Shown here in pieces: positions 8,358-17,484 of a DNA stretch of 37,809 bases. The notes below the pieces were generated by a model, which saw only the letters and a list, made by a program, of their open reading frames with translations, made no database searches and was not told the origin of the DNA. Numbering within the stretch: position 1 is the first letter of the stretch; the number at the start of each line of letters is the position of its first letter. A program made the position numbers and the translations under genes. The stretch comes from a virus (lineage: Duplodnaviria; Heunggongvirae; Uroviricota; Caudoviricetes), in the IMG/VR virus record IMGVR_UViG_2602041644_000008, positions 1-37,809 of that record. One strand, written 5' to 3'.

Positions 8358-8684
8358 ATGACAAAACTTGGATTCGTGATGAGAGGTCCGGTAAGAAGCG
8401 GAACTCATGCAAAGCGTAGCAAGAGTCGTATTTTTACTGGTAAGGTTGTAGCACGTAAATCAGCTATTGGCTCGTTCAATAGTGAAAATGCGGCATTGCG
8501 CCATATTTTTATCAGCACAAAGCCAAGAGCATCCGCTGATGTGCATACAATGTCTATTCCTATCACAAAGAATATCAAGCGGATAAAAAAGCTCTCATCT
8601 GCAGAATCAAAAGAGATATCTTTCCGCCAGCTTAACTCATTAGAAACGCATATGAAGGAAGAGGAATTCGATGTTTTTGAGTGA
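8358..8684 (+). CDS. Small basic protein, putative antitoxin/partner of the YafO-like gene
   Basis: SD GGAG 8 nt upstream; 108 aa, Lys/Arg-rich N-terminus, acidic C-terminus; 14-nt overlap with the downstream gene (translational coupling). No homolog recognised. Confidence 0.4.
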   Translation: MTKLGFVMRGPVRSGTHAKRSKSRIFTGKVVARKSAIGSFNSENAALRHIFISTKPRASADVHTMSIPITKNIKRIKKLSSAESKEISFRQLNSLETHMKEEEFDVFE

Positions 8685-9183
8685 GTATAGCGGGAAGGTT
8701 ATACCTACTGGTGAGTTTAAAACTGATGACTTTCTGATTTCGCTAAAAGATGCTTTTAAACAACACTGGCGTCATGGTCATCATCCTGATCTGGGAAAAG
8801 ATACTCTTTTTGAAAGACCAGACGAAGTATTAGGCTTCCATCTCAGAAAGGTTCATGTCAATATTGGTGAATATGCATCATATTCATACTCATGTACTGA
8901 ACAGTGTTGGGATGAGTGGTCATATGGATTGATTGATGAACAAGGAAATTACAGGCCAAAACCAACCAGTAACGCATATCTCATATATGCAGTCAATGAA
9001 ATAAGAGATGCAGCCTTACTAGCTTATTGGGACCCGCCCGCACACACCAAAGCTAACGCAAAAGTTTGGATGGATTCCGTATTGAATTTCACAAAATTAT
9101 TTCATGAACGAACTAATACAGCTCCACTTAGTAGAAATGTTTATCCGTGGGATTATTCGTACAAATCCAAAAAGCCTGCATAG
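8671..9183 (+). CDS. YafO-family toxin-like protein (putative ribosome-dependent mRNA interferase)
   Basis: Strong SD (GGAAGAGGAA); segments LGKDTLFE, LRKVHVNI and YLIYAVNE...ALLAYWDPPAHTKA resemble recalled YafO motifs (GRDALYD, ERVAHIHL, HLVYCQG...WLLIAILKPEPHKLA). Recall-based; needs HMM confirmation. Confidence 0.45.
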   Translation: MFLSEYSGKVIPTGEFKTDDFLISLKDAFKQHWRHGHHPDLGKDTLFERPDEVLGFHLRKVHVNIGEYASYSYSCTEQCWDEWSYGLIDEQGNYRPKPTSNAYLIYAVNEIRDAALLAYWDPPAHTKANAKVWMDSVLNFTKLFHERTNTAPLSRNVYPWDYSYKSKKPA

Positions 9184-9264
9184 TAGTTTTTTATGGACGA
9201 AACAAAAGTCAGTGCTACACTCATTGACGCCACATTGAGGTGGCTTATAGATGGAAATTTCACA

Positions 9265-9426
9265 ATGAAAAAAGCATTTGCTGCACTGTTCGTTTTGTTG
9301 TCTCTGGTAGCTTCAACTCAGGCCTTTGCCGGTCGTTGTCAGCACGACAGCGATACTGCCGCTGACGGCTCCCGCTGCGGTGGGCGTTCTGCGGATTCCC
9401 GCCCGGGCGGCGGTGGCATTCGTTAA
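9265..9426 (+). CDS. Small secreted Cys-containing peptide
   Basis: MKKAFAALFVLLSLVASTQAFA signal peptide, then ~31-aa Gly/Arg/Asp-rich mature peptide with two Cys; weak RBS. Confidence 0.3.
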   Translation: MKKAFAALFVLLSLVASTQAFAGRCQHDSDTAADGSRCGGRSADSRPGGGGIR

Positions 9427-9432
9427 AAACAA

Positions 9433-9448
9433 GGCCGCGAAAGCGGCC
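9433..9448. terminator. Bidirectional terminator
   Basis: GGCCGC-GAAA-GCGGCC hairpin with T-rich tracts on both strands; between convergent genes. Confidence 0.55.
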
Positions 9449-9455
9449 TGTTTGA

Positions 9456-10307
9456 TCACTGTGCAGTTTTCGCTGATCGATTTTCAGCTCTAAATTCAAG
9501 AACCGTTTCAATATTTCTTTCCTTCAGCATATCAATAACATTTTTATTCACTTGACTATCACTGGTTAATAACTGGTAAACGTTGCTTCTCTCTTTATCA
9601 GAGTTTTCTTTAACAGCTGCTTTGCATGCCAAATGCTTATTGAAATTTTCTACATCGCTAGTACAGGAATTTACGGCTGCTGATGAAATATCAGACGCTG
9701 AAGAAACACCATCATCCAAACGTTTTATAGCATTTTCTATACATGAGTTAAGGGAATAAACGACAACTGAGCGATACCCTTCAGACGCACACCATTCTAA
9801 ATTTCTTGAAGGATCGAGTGGTTTTACTTCGCTGGATTGAATTAACTTGTCAAAAACTGACTTATATTCAATCTGTTTTTTATCTATAGCCCATACTTCA
9901 GTAGCTGATTTATAATTCCCCGTATGCCTATTAACATCAAATCCATGTTTTATAAGCAAATCTGCCCATGAAAGATTTATTGATTCATTGTTATGAGGCC
10001 ATTTTCCTGTCAGAACCGCCCCCATAGACCCCATATATCCGCCATATGATGGTATAGCACCATGGCTCAGTAACTTCTCAGCAACCACAGGGCAATTAAT
10101 TACATAAGAGGCGTAAAGCCCATTCCATAAAGCCCCTCTATAGTAATCGCCACGATTAGGTTCTTTTAAGTCGATAGCCTTTGATAATTGTTCACACGTT
10201 TTGCATGCATCAAAGTTATCCTTATTGCATTGCAATGAACTGGCAGCTGTAGGATTTACAGAGACTATTGAAAGCACTATGCCAAAAAACAAATTTATTT
10301 TTTTCAT
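9456..10307 (-). CDS. Secreted Cys-rich protein of unknown function
   Basis: Sec-type signal peptide; about ten Cys; AT-rich; start overlaps the stop of the upstream internal virion gene, so it is in the late operon. Confidence 0.5.
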   Translation of the reverse strand: MKKINLFFGIVLSIVSVNPTAASSLQCNKDNFDACKTCEQLSKAIDLKEPNRGDYYRGALWNGLYASYVINCPVVAEKLLSHGAIPSYGGYMGSMGAVLTGKWPHNNESINLSWADLLIKHGFDVNRHTGNYKSATEVWAIDKKQIEYKSVFDKLIQSSEVKPLDPSRNLEWCASEGYRSVVVYSLNSCIENAIKRLDDGVSSASDISSAAVNSCTSDVENFNKHLACKAAVKENSDKERSNVYQLLTSDSQVNKNVIDMLKERNIETVLEFRAENRSAKTAQ

Positions 10308-10308
10308 C

Positions 10309-13300
10309 CTATTTCATCTGCTCTTCAACTTTATTTAGTAATGGTGATATCGCCCACAGATTCTGAAAAGGTAGCATTTTACGGACAGCGTGGGTTTGCT
10401 GGCTGTCAAATTCTCCGTTAAGTACACCATTCGCAACCGTCGCGGCATCACCGCCAAGATCAAAGGTAGGACCAAGTAAAGCACCAATAGTATTACGACT
10501 CTGAAACCTTGATACCGGAGGCGCACCAAACATCGCGCCAAGACCAAACCTACCGCCGCTTATGTTCTCAACGGTATTCAGCGGCTCAGAGAGCCAGCCA
10601 AGCATTCCGCCCCGGTCGATCCCCTCTTTCACAAGGTTATTCCAGCTGTAGTCGATATCGCGACCGCTTAACTTCTGTTTCATCATATAGACCATTGAGC
10701 CAAGCGCAATCGTGCCAAGCGCACCAAGATAGAATGCAGCATCGCCCTGCTGGATACCAGATACTAGCACCCTGTTATGCTGTGCGAAGATAAACGTTTT
10801 GAACTGCGTGATCATCTTCCAGCCTTCTTTACTAAAAAACAGCGGTGTATCACCTACGCCAGGCGTTACAATCACTGAGTCTACATCTTTCAGCACTGCA
10901 GACTGGAAAATCTCTCTAGCGAAACGGTCATCCCACAGATGACTATGCCCGGTTAACAGCCCGTCCATATCCTCTCCGTGCTTCCCGAATTGCTCCCCGA
11001 TTCGGCGCAGAACATCTTCATTGATGCCGACCTGTGCCATCTTCCGCATTTCACTTTTGGAGAGCGTGCCACCAGCAGAAACTTGGCGAGCCGCGTCAAG
11101 TATCCTCGACTGCACTATCATCCCGGACCATGATTTAAGTGCGCTGTTCCACTGATTCATCAGCGTCCAGTTACCGAATTTCTGCGTCATCCAGTTCAGG
11201 CCTCGCTCAGCGGCGCTTCTCCGGCTATAGGGGTCAGTAAGATCCGCTATAGCCTTTGTACGCGTAGACAGGACATAATCAAGCCCAACGGCCATTTCTC
11301 GCAAATCCCTGGTTGCAATCTTCACTGAGTCCATATTTTTAAGCATGCTTACCATTGGTCCGAGAGATTTTCTCAGGCCATGCTGCATCATCGGTCGCAT
11401 CAGATCAGTTGCAGCGGAGACGGTCATTCCACCAAGCAAACGGAGGAAGTTAATATTCCTAGCAACTCGCCCGGCACGAACAAAGAAACTGCGTGGATCT
11501 TGAGGTGCGCCGTAAGTACCAAGCAGTCGGTCACGCATAGCCGTAATATCCCTAATATCAGCCTCCCGTTGCTTCTCAAGAGCTGCACGTCGTTTAGGTG
11601 TTTTAGCCTCTTTTATTAGCCGGGTATATTCCTCACTAACCTGACGGATTTGCTCCCCCATATCTTTACGGCCAAACTGCGCAGTCAGCTCAATTTCTGG
11701 CGCCACCTGCCGGAGATAACTTTCCATGATGTAGTTAACATCTGATTCAAGAAAATCTTCTATACGCTCATCAGGAATAAGCAGCGTTCGGCTTTTAGTG
11801 AAACCAGCCCGACCAACGAGTCTCTCTGGGATAATATCGGCTGGTACAAGCCCGGAAGGTGCGCCTATTATTTTATTCACGATCTCGTCAGCAGCGTCCT
11901 CTGCTTCCTCTCGGGATAGAGGCTCCATCTGCTTCAGTGCTCGCTCGCGGCTTGCATTCAGCCTTGTGGTTGAATTTGCCCGTTTTTGCAGTCGGCGAAG
12001 CTCAGAACGATATTTCCGTGGATTATCCAGCAACTCCATATGGCGCTGATAGACAGGAAGCTCACTCTTTGCCTGCGCTATATCATCAAGGCGAGTTTTA
12101 AGGTCAGAGCTTTCTTTCATCATTCTTGCCTGAAGTTTTTCTGATGAAGTCTCGGCCAACTCTTTTTCTATTCTTGTAAGACGCGCCTGTGTGTCAGTCT
12201 CCTGAGATATAAGCCTATTTCGTTTATCCAGTTCTTCCATGAGTAGAATTTTTTTACCAGACCATTTCTCCGCTTCAGCGATTTCACTAGCGAGAGCATC
12301 AGCGCGCAGTGCTGATTCCTCTGCAGTTTTTAGCAATGAATTTATCTTTTCAATTCGCTGACCTGCTTTGTCAGCACCTTTGGCACTAATCCCTTGTATC
12401 CAGTTGGCAATTCGCCCTCTGAATTCCGTGCGGTCGGAAAGTATCTTATCGAACTTATAAATGCGGGGAAGATAACTTTTCGCCGTCACGACATCGATAT
12501 CCTCAGGAAGGATCCCCAATTCCTGCATACGGGCTTTTGTGGTCTCAAAAATGGGGCGGATTCTGGCGGCTGCTTGTGAAACCTCAGGAATATCACTCTG
12601 ATCACCACGGCGCATAGCCATGCCAACAGCTTCATTGAAATCAATAAAGTTCATCCTCTTCACGCCGCGGGCGCTGACAGATTTGCTGTACTGCTGGTAA
12701 GCATCACGAGTAGCTTCCATCTGCTTATAAAGCATGGCGTCGTATTGCTTAATCTTAGTCTCGACTGCCGTAAACGTAGCCAACCCCTCATCATTTTTGG
12801 CGAAGAAATAGTTATTTTCGGCAAGCTGCTGGTTAATCTGACGGGAAACAAGAGATGGTGATTGCGCCAAGCGGCCAGCAGGAGTGACACTCAACGTTTT
12901 GTTAGCAAGTCCAAGTCCAGCGAGCTGTTCCTGATCGAGTGTGGTATTGAAAACCTGAGCTGCACCAATGCTTTGAGGAGAATCCATACCTCGCAAATGA
13001 TTACCTACTGAGTTAACCACTGCCTCGCGCGCGCTAGGTCCAGCAAGTAGCTGTGCACCAGCACCAAGGATCCCACCAACGAGAGCATCAACAACAACGT
13101 TCGATACGCTCTCCATCGGTGAGCGAGCTTCCTGAGTGGCCTGCAATGCGGCCTCTGAAGCAACACTGCCAGCAGCATTGGCTAAAGCAAAACGTCCGGC
13201 TGTTTCTGCAATACGACCGCCACGAACGACAGCGCCGAACGGAATAAACATAGAAATCGCATTGAATGGATCTGCTAATCTCATTGCTACAGAAGAGACT

Positions 13301-13698
13301 GTACCAGCAAATCCCAAGCCTGAATTGTATTCCATGTCAGCTCTCTGCTGATCGATTCGATGTTTAATTGCCATTGTTTCTTCAGGCGAACCGGAGTTGA
13401 TAAACGAATCTGCAAAATCTTCATAGCCTTTAATATCTGCTGCATCGTTATCAAATGGGTTATATCCTTCAACCCTGTCAAACTGACTGAAAGGAGCACT
13501 GGCAATAAAGCTACCCAGCGTGTTATCTATACGAAATGCTGCTTGTCTAGACCTTTGAACGCGTTGATCACTGGTAAATGGGTTCACAGCAGAAAGCAAA
13601 GAAGGTGTTTCCATATAGAAATTACTGTCATCAGGTGCTGCTATTTGCTGAATATCCTCGCCAAGCAACTCTTTAGGATCCTGTTCATATATCGGCAT
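10309..13698 (-). CDS. Internal virion/DNA-ejection protein (T7 gp16-like by position)
   Basis: 1129 aa, last and largest of the internal-protein series after the tail tubular genes; start overlaps the upstream stop. Confidence 0.55.
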   Translation of the reverse strand: MPIYEQDPKELLGEDIQQIAAPDDSNFYMETPSLLSAVNPFTSDQRVQRSRQAAFRIDNTLGSFIASAPFSQFDRVEGYNPFDNDAADIKGYEDFADSFINSGSPEETMAIKHRIDQQRADMEYNSGLGFAGTVSSVAMRLADPFNAISMFIPFGAVVRGGRIAETAGRFALANAAGSVASEAALQATQEARSPMESVSNVVVDALVGGILGAGAQLLAGPSAREAVVNSVGNHLRGMDSPQSIGAAQVFNTTLDQEQLAGLGLANKTLSVTPAGRLAQSPSLVSRQINQQLAENNYFFAKNDEGLATFTAVETKIKQYDAMLYKQMEATRDAYQQYSKSVSARGVKRMNFIDFNEAVGMAMRRGDQSDIPEVSQAAARIRPIFETTKARMQELGILPEDIDVVTAKSYLPRIYKFDKILSDRTEFRGRIANWIQGISAKGADKAGQRIEKINSLLKTAEESALRADALASEIAEAEKWSGKKILLMEELDKRNRLISQETDTQARLTRIEKELAETSSEKLQARMMKESSDLKTRLDDIAQAKSELPVYQRHMELLDNPRKYRSELRRLQKRANSTTRLNASRERALKQMEPLSREEAEDAADEIVNKIIGAPSGLVPADIIPERLVGRAGFTKSRTLLIPDERIEDFLESDVNYIMESYLRQVAPEIELTAQFGRKDMGEQIRQVSEEYTRLIKEAKTPKRRAALEKQREADIRDITAMRDRLLGTYGAPQDPRSFFVRAGRVARNINFLRLLGGMTVSAATDLMRPMMQHGLRKSLGPMVSMLKNMDSVKIATRDLREMAVGLDYVLSTRTKAIADLTDPYSRRSAAERGLNWMTQKFGNWTLMNQWNSALKSWSGMIVQSRILDAARQVSAGGTLSKSEMRKMAQVGINEDVLRRIGEQFGKHGEDMDGLLTGHSHLWDDRFAREIFQSAVLKDVDSVIVTPGVGDTPLFFSKEGWKMITQFKTFIFAQHNRVLVSGIQQGDAAFYLGALGTIALGSMVYMMKQKLSGRDIDYSWNNLVKEGIDRGGMLGWLSEPLNTVENISGGRFGLGAMFGAPPVSRFQSRNTIGALLGPTFDLGGDAATVANGVLNGEFDSQQTHAVRKMLPFQNLWAISPLLNKVEEQMK

Positions 13699-16445
13699 TA
13701 TTTGCCCCCTGCGTATATATTGCTCGGAAGGTAATTGGCTGAACCATAACCGAATGGTTTGGTCAGATCTGGAGGAGTATATCCATCTTTATTGCTGAAC
13801 TGCGGCAGCGGATTGCCTTCTCTCCGCACTCTAGCCTCATCAACACGCTGTTGCTGGAACTGAATGGTTTGCCTGTACATTGGAGATGTCAGCTGATCCG
13901 GCTTGAAACGAACAGGGAGACCATTTTCTCCAATATAATTTCTCGGTTCTATCGCTCCGTTTGCGTCAGGCTGTAAAACCATAACAGCATAACTCCTATC
14001 CCTTGCCGTAAGGCCATCAGAAACAAGTATTAAGTCCGTATCACTGCGAGGACCGCCAAAGGATTTTGATTTAAGCTCGCGTTTTTCCTGCTCCCACTGC
14101 CCCTGTATCCAGTTACCAGCACCATTATTTACTCCGTACAATGCCTCAGGTGCATACTTCATAACCTCTGCTTTGCCATTAACCGTAGAAACTCCCCAGG
14201 TGGTTCTGATCATGGCATTGGTCATTTTCTCAGCCTGTTCTGCATCGCCACCTGTCTGTACAAAGTTAGCATCGTAAATTGTCTGGTAATCTCGCTGATA
14301 GGCCGCATTTGATTTTCCTGGATCGGTAATATCCGGAGACCACGAACCAAAGGAAGTCAGACTGCTGGCGTTATTTTGTGCAGCAGTTGCCCTCGCCGCG
14401 ACATATTTTTTGTCTCGCATGGCAGTGGAAAGCATCTGTTTCATTCGGTCATCCTGTTGGAACACCTGGCTGTAAGCCATATCAACAGCCTTATCCTCCG
14501 GCACTCCAGCGCGGGAATAATCGTAAACCTTGCCGTAAAATGCCATCGTACTTTTATCAAGTGTTGCCGCTGCCGCCGGATTATTATCGAATAACTGACC
14601 GTAGAATTTTGCCATCGGGACAACCAGCGCAGGATCTCTTGATGTTGCTCCACTGTTAAGCATTGTTTTAACCTGAGTTGGTATCATGCCGCTTTTAGTT
14701 GTGACGGTGACCAGTGTATTGATGCTCTGCGGATCAGATATGGAAAACGAAGGCGCGATATCCTGCGCGAAATAACGGTCTACCGCTGCCTGATTGTTTT
14801 TGTCGTTCGGGTCCAGCGGGAAGTTATTTTGCATTGAAGACACGAACCTGTTTCTTCCCTGCTGAATCTCCCACTCCCTATCCATCTCTTTAAATTTGGC
14901 CTGCATTTTCTCCCAGCGTTGCTGGTTAGCTGCAAATCCAGGAGCGTTTGGATCCTGTGGACGTAAACGTTCAAGAATGTCTTGTCGTCCTTCTGGAGTG
15001 AGGTCTTTAGCGGCACCAATGACACCTCCATATTGTATCTGCGCCTGCATATCCTTCCACTTCATAGCGCCAATGCGCGGACCATTGGCCCGGATAAAAT
15101 CGTCCTCAGAAGGTAACTTCTCAGGTTTCAATCCTTCATCAAGGGCTGAATATGCATCTTTAACTACGGTGCTAAGCTGGTCCGCATACTGCTGGCGGTA
15201 CTGATTTCTCAGCTCATTAGCCTGCCTCAATGCCTGTATTTGCATTTGAGGGCTCATAGCATCAAATGCCGCATTGCCCGTATAACGCTTAGGTGAATCA
15301 AGGTTAGTTAGACCAAGGGCTGCCGAGATACCAGTTTCAAGCTGTTCGGTGCTATAAGGCATACTGCCATTTTCGTGTTTAATAATCCCAGCACATAAAG
15401 CAGCTAGTGTCTTTGGGTTAGAGATATCAAGCTGATCATTCTCCCCAACACCAAGCTCACCACACAATGCCCTAATATAAGCATCAGTATTATTACCATC
15501 ACTAGCCGGAGCATAGCGATTAACAATCTCGCTAACGGTGTCATAGCCTTGACGCTGGTAAGACAACATATTTTTACCCAACGCGCGGATTCCATGCTCA
15601 GGGGTAGCAAACGTTGCAAAACGTCCATCGCTACCGATCTGACCTTCCCACGGGTTAGATTTGCTCGCTTCAATATTACCAGGGTTATTATTACGTAAAC
15701 CACGAGCATCCAATGAATTACCATGTGATATTGCACGACTCACACCATCAAGATCCCCTGGCTCTCCATTAACCTGAAGAAACTCGTTGTATTTTTGAGC
15801 GATATTTCCTATCCATGCTTGCTGCCCCATTTGTTCCTTGAGCTGAGTTTTCTGCTGAACACGCCACTCATCAGGAAGCCCATGCGCATCAGCGTATTGA
15901 TCAATAGATTCAAATCGCTGCTTGGCTAAATCGACAAATGCTTGGTTATCGCTATATAGCCCCGCAGACTGAGTGACAGCCAATGCATTTCCTGACAAAT
16001 ACGTTTGATCTTGGAATTGCTGAAACTGCCCAACTTCATATCGACGTGCCTGATTGTAATAAGACTGCATAGACTGCTGGAGTTGAAAGGATAATTTATT
16101 CCTTTCCTCACTTTCAGGAATTGAGCCTAATAATGCCTGAGCCCTTTCCTGCATATTTTTCATAACAGCGTCACTCTGACCAAGAGCGTTTTTACCCTGT
16201 TTAGAAATCAGCCCACTTTCAGGGTTGTTAATCTGGTCATCTGCAAATTGGTTAAATTGCAGTAACGCCTCCTGGGCCATAGCAACATTCGCTTTCTGCC
16301 TGGCTTCACCATATGCCACCGCATACTGATCTGCGACATTCGCCAGCACCTGACCTGCTTGAGGAACATCGAAGATCTGAAAACCACCGGTTTGCACACC
16401 ACGACTTTGCACCTGGCGTCCGGATGTAGTAGGAACAACAGGCAT
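13698..16445 (-). CDS. Internal virion/DNA-ejection protein (T7 gp15-like by position)
   Basis: 915 aa, T7-like position; contains a conserved-looking globular segment (RGLRNNNPGNI...GRFATFATPEHGIRA) that may be cell-wall-active. Confidence 0.55.
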   Translation of the reverse strand: MPVVPTTSGRQVQSRGVQTGGFQIFDVPQAGQVLANVADQYAVAYGEARQKANVAMAQEALLQFNQFADDQINNPESGLISKQGKNALGQSDAVMKNMQERAQALLGSIPESEERNKLSFQLQQSMQSYYNQARRYEVGQFQQFQDQTYLSGNALAVTQSAGLYSDNQAFVDLAKQRFESIDQYADAHGLPDEWRVQQKTQLKEQMGQQAWIGNIAQKYNEFLQVNGEPGDLDGVSRAISHGNSLDARGLRNNNPGNIEASKSNPWEGQIGSDGRFATFATPEHGIRALGKNMLSYQRQGYDTVSEIVNRYAPASDGNNTDAYIRALCGELGVGENDQLDISNPKTLAALCAGIIKHENGSMPYSTEQLETGISAALGLTNLDSPKRYTGNAAFDAMSPQMQIQALRQANELRNQYRQQYADQLSTVVKDAYSALDEGLKPEKLPSEDDFIRANGPRIGAMKWKDMQAQIQYGGVIGAAKDLTPEGRQDILERLRPQDPNAPGFAANQQRWEKMQAKFKEMDREWEIQQGRNRFVSSMQNNFPLDPNDKNNQAAVDRYFAQDIAPSFSISDPQSINTLVTVTTKSGMIPTQVKTMLNSGATSRDPALVVPMAKFYGQLFDNNPAAAATLDKSTMAFYGKVYDYSRAGVPEDKAVDMAYSQVFQQDDRMKQMLSTAMRDKKYVAARATAAQNNASSLTSFGSWSPDITDPGKSNAAYQRDYQTIYDANFVQTGGDAEQAEKMTNAMIRTTWGVSTVNGKAEVMKYAPEALYGVNNGAGNWIQGQWEQEKRELKSKSFGGPRSDTDLILVSDGLTARDRSYAVMVLQPDANGAIEPRNYIGENGLPVRFKPDQLTSPMYRQTIQFQQQRVDEARVRREGNPLPQFSNKDGYTPPDLTKPFGYGSANYLPSNIYAGGK

Positions 16446-17020
16446 CAGTAACCTCCTATTTTGAATCGGGAGTCAGAATTCATAAAACCTGAGTTAGATA
16501 ACATTGGCGTCCCACCACTAGATGTACTTCCTTTAGAGAACGGACTCCACGTCCCACCAAACATCTGGTACGCACCGTATGCCTTCAGAGGCGCAGTGAG
16601 TAAAGTTGTTGCTGCTCCCACATTCCCCTGTTTACGGGCTGAACTGGCTTCTGCTTTATAGTTGGCAGCCTGAACCTGATAACCGTAAGCCTCGCGTTGC
16701 GCGTTATTCACCGTCGTCAGAGAATCAAGAGCGCCAAACTGGGCAGTGTCGCCAAATATATCCAGCGCGTTACCTGTAGATAAATCAGCGCCGGTAGCCC
16801 CCATTGTCGCCGCCTGTGTACCAAGCCGCTGTCGGGTCTCTCTGCGCCGTTGCTCAGCTTCAGCGTTACCTCTGTTTATTGCATCATTTGCCTGAGCTGT
16901 GGCTATATCTGCGTTCGCTTCTGCAACCTTCGAGGCATACTTTCCCTGTTGGTACTGGGTGTATGCCTGAATGCCACTCATGGCGAGCATTGCGCCACCA
17001 GCAATAACCGGATCGCACAT
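16445..17020 (-). CDS. Internal virion protein (T7 gp14-like by position)
   Basis: 191 aa, Ala/Gln-rich; translationally coupled to neighbours. Confidence 0.45.
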   Translation of the reverse strand: MCDPVIAGGAMLAMSGIQAYTQYQQGKYASKVAEANADIATAQANDAINRGNAEAEQRRRETRQRLGTQAATMGATGADLSTGNALDIFGDTAQFGALDSLTTVNNAQREAYGYQVQAANYKAEASSARKQGNVGAATTLLTAPLKAYGAYQMFGGTWSPFSKGSTSSGGTPMLSNSGFMNSDSRFKIGGY

Positions 17021-17484
17021 TATTTTCTCTCCATGTGAAATCTGTGGAAATTAAGACCAAGAGCACCATAAGGCGCGGCTTCTTCAAGCCTGAATCCAAG
17101 CCAGTGCAGCCATGCTTTGGCAACATGGTTTCGCTCGTCGACATAGTTTTCCAGGCGCGGATAAACTGCCAGCATCTGCTGCAATACAGGGCGGCAGTGG
17201 CGAAGAAATGTCTTCTGATATTTTTCGATACGGCTGGTTCCGACCAGCCAGGGCGTACCATTGCCACCGATCATTGACGCCGGAGATACGCCAAACATGG
17301 TTACCAGTTCTCCGTTCGCAAATCCTGACCAGGCCATAGTCGCAGTACGCAGACCAACACGCAGCGCATCTTCGGTAGTCATCAGTGATACCGCATACAG
17401 TTCGTCAATATCAGCCTGACGAACATCCGGCAAAATCATCTGAAGATGCTCTTCGGTTGCGGGAATAATTTGAACACCGATCAT
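17020..17484 (-). CDS. Internal virion protein (T7 gp13-like by position)
   Basis: 154 aa, immediately after tail tubular B. Confidence 0.4.
   Translation of the reverse strand: MIGVQIIPATEEHLQMILPDVRQADIDELYAVSLMTTEDALRVGLRTATMAWSGFANGELVTMFGVSPASMIGGNGTPWLVGTSRIEKYQKTFLRHCRPVLQQMLAVYPRLENYVDERNHVAKAWLHWLGFRLEEAAPYGALGLNFHRFHMERK

Noticed and set aside
9193-9264. Upstream extension of the small secreted peptide ORF to the ATG at 9193
   Set aside because: No RBS; the signal peptide begins at the internal Met (9265), which is the more natural start.
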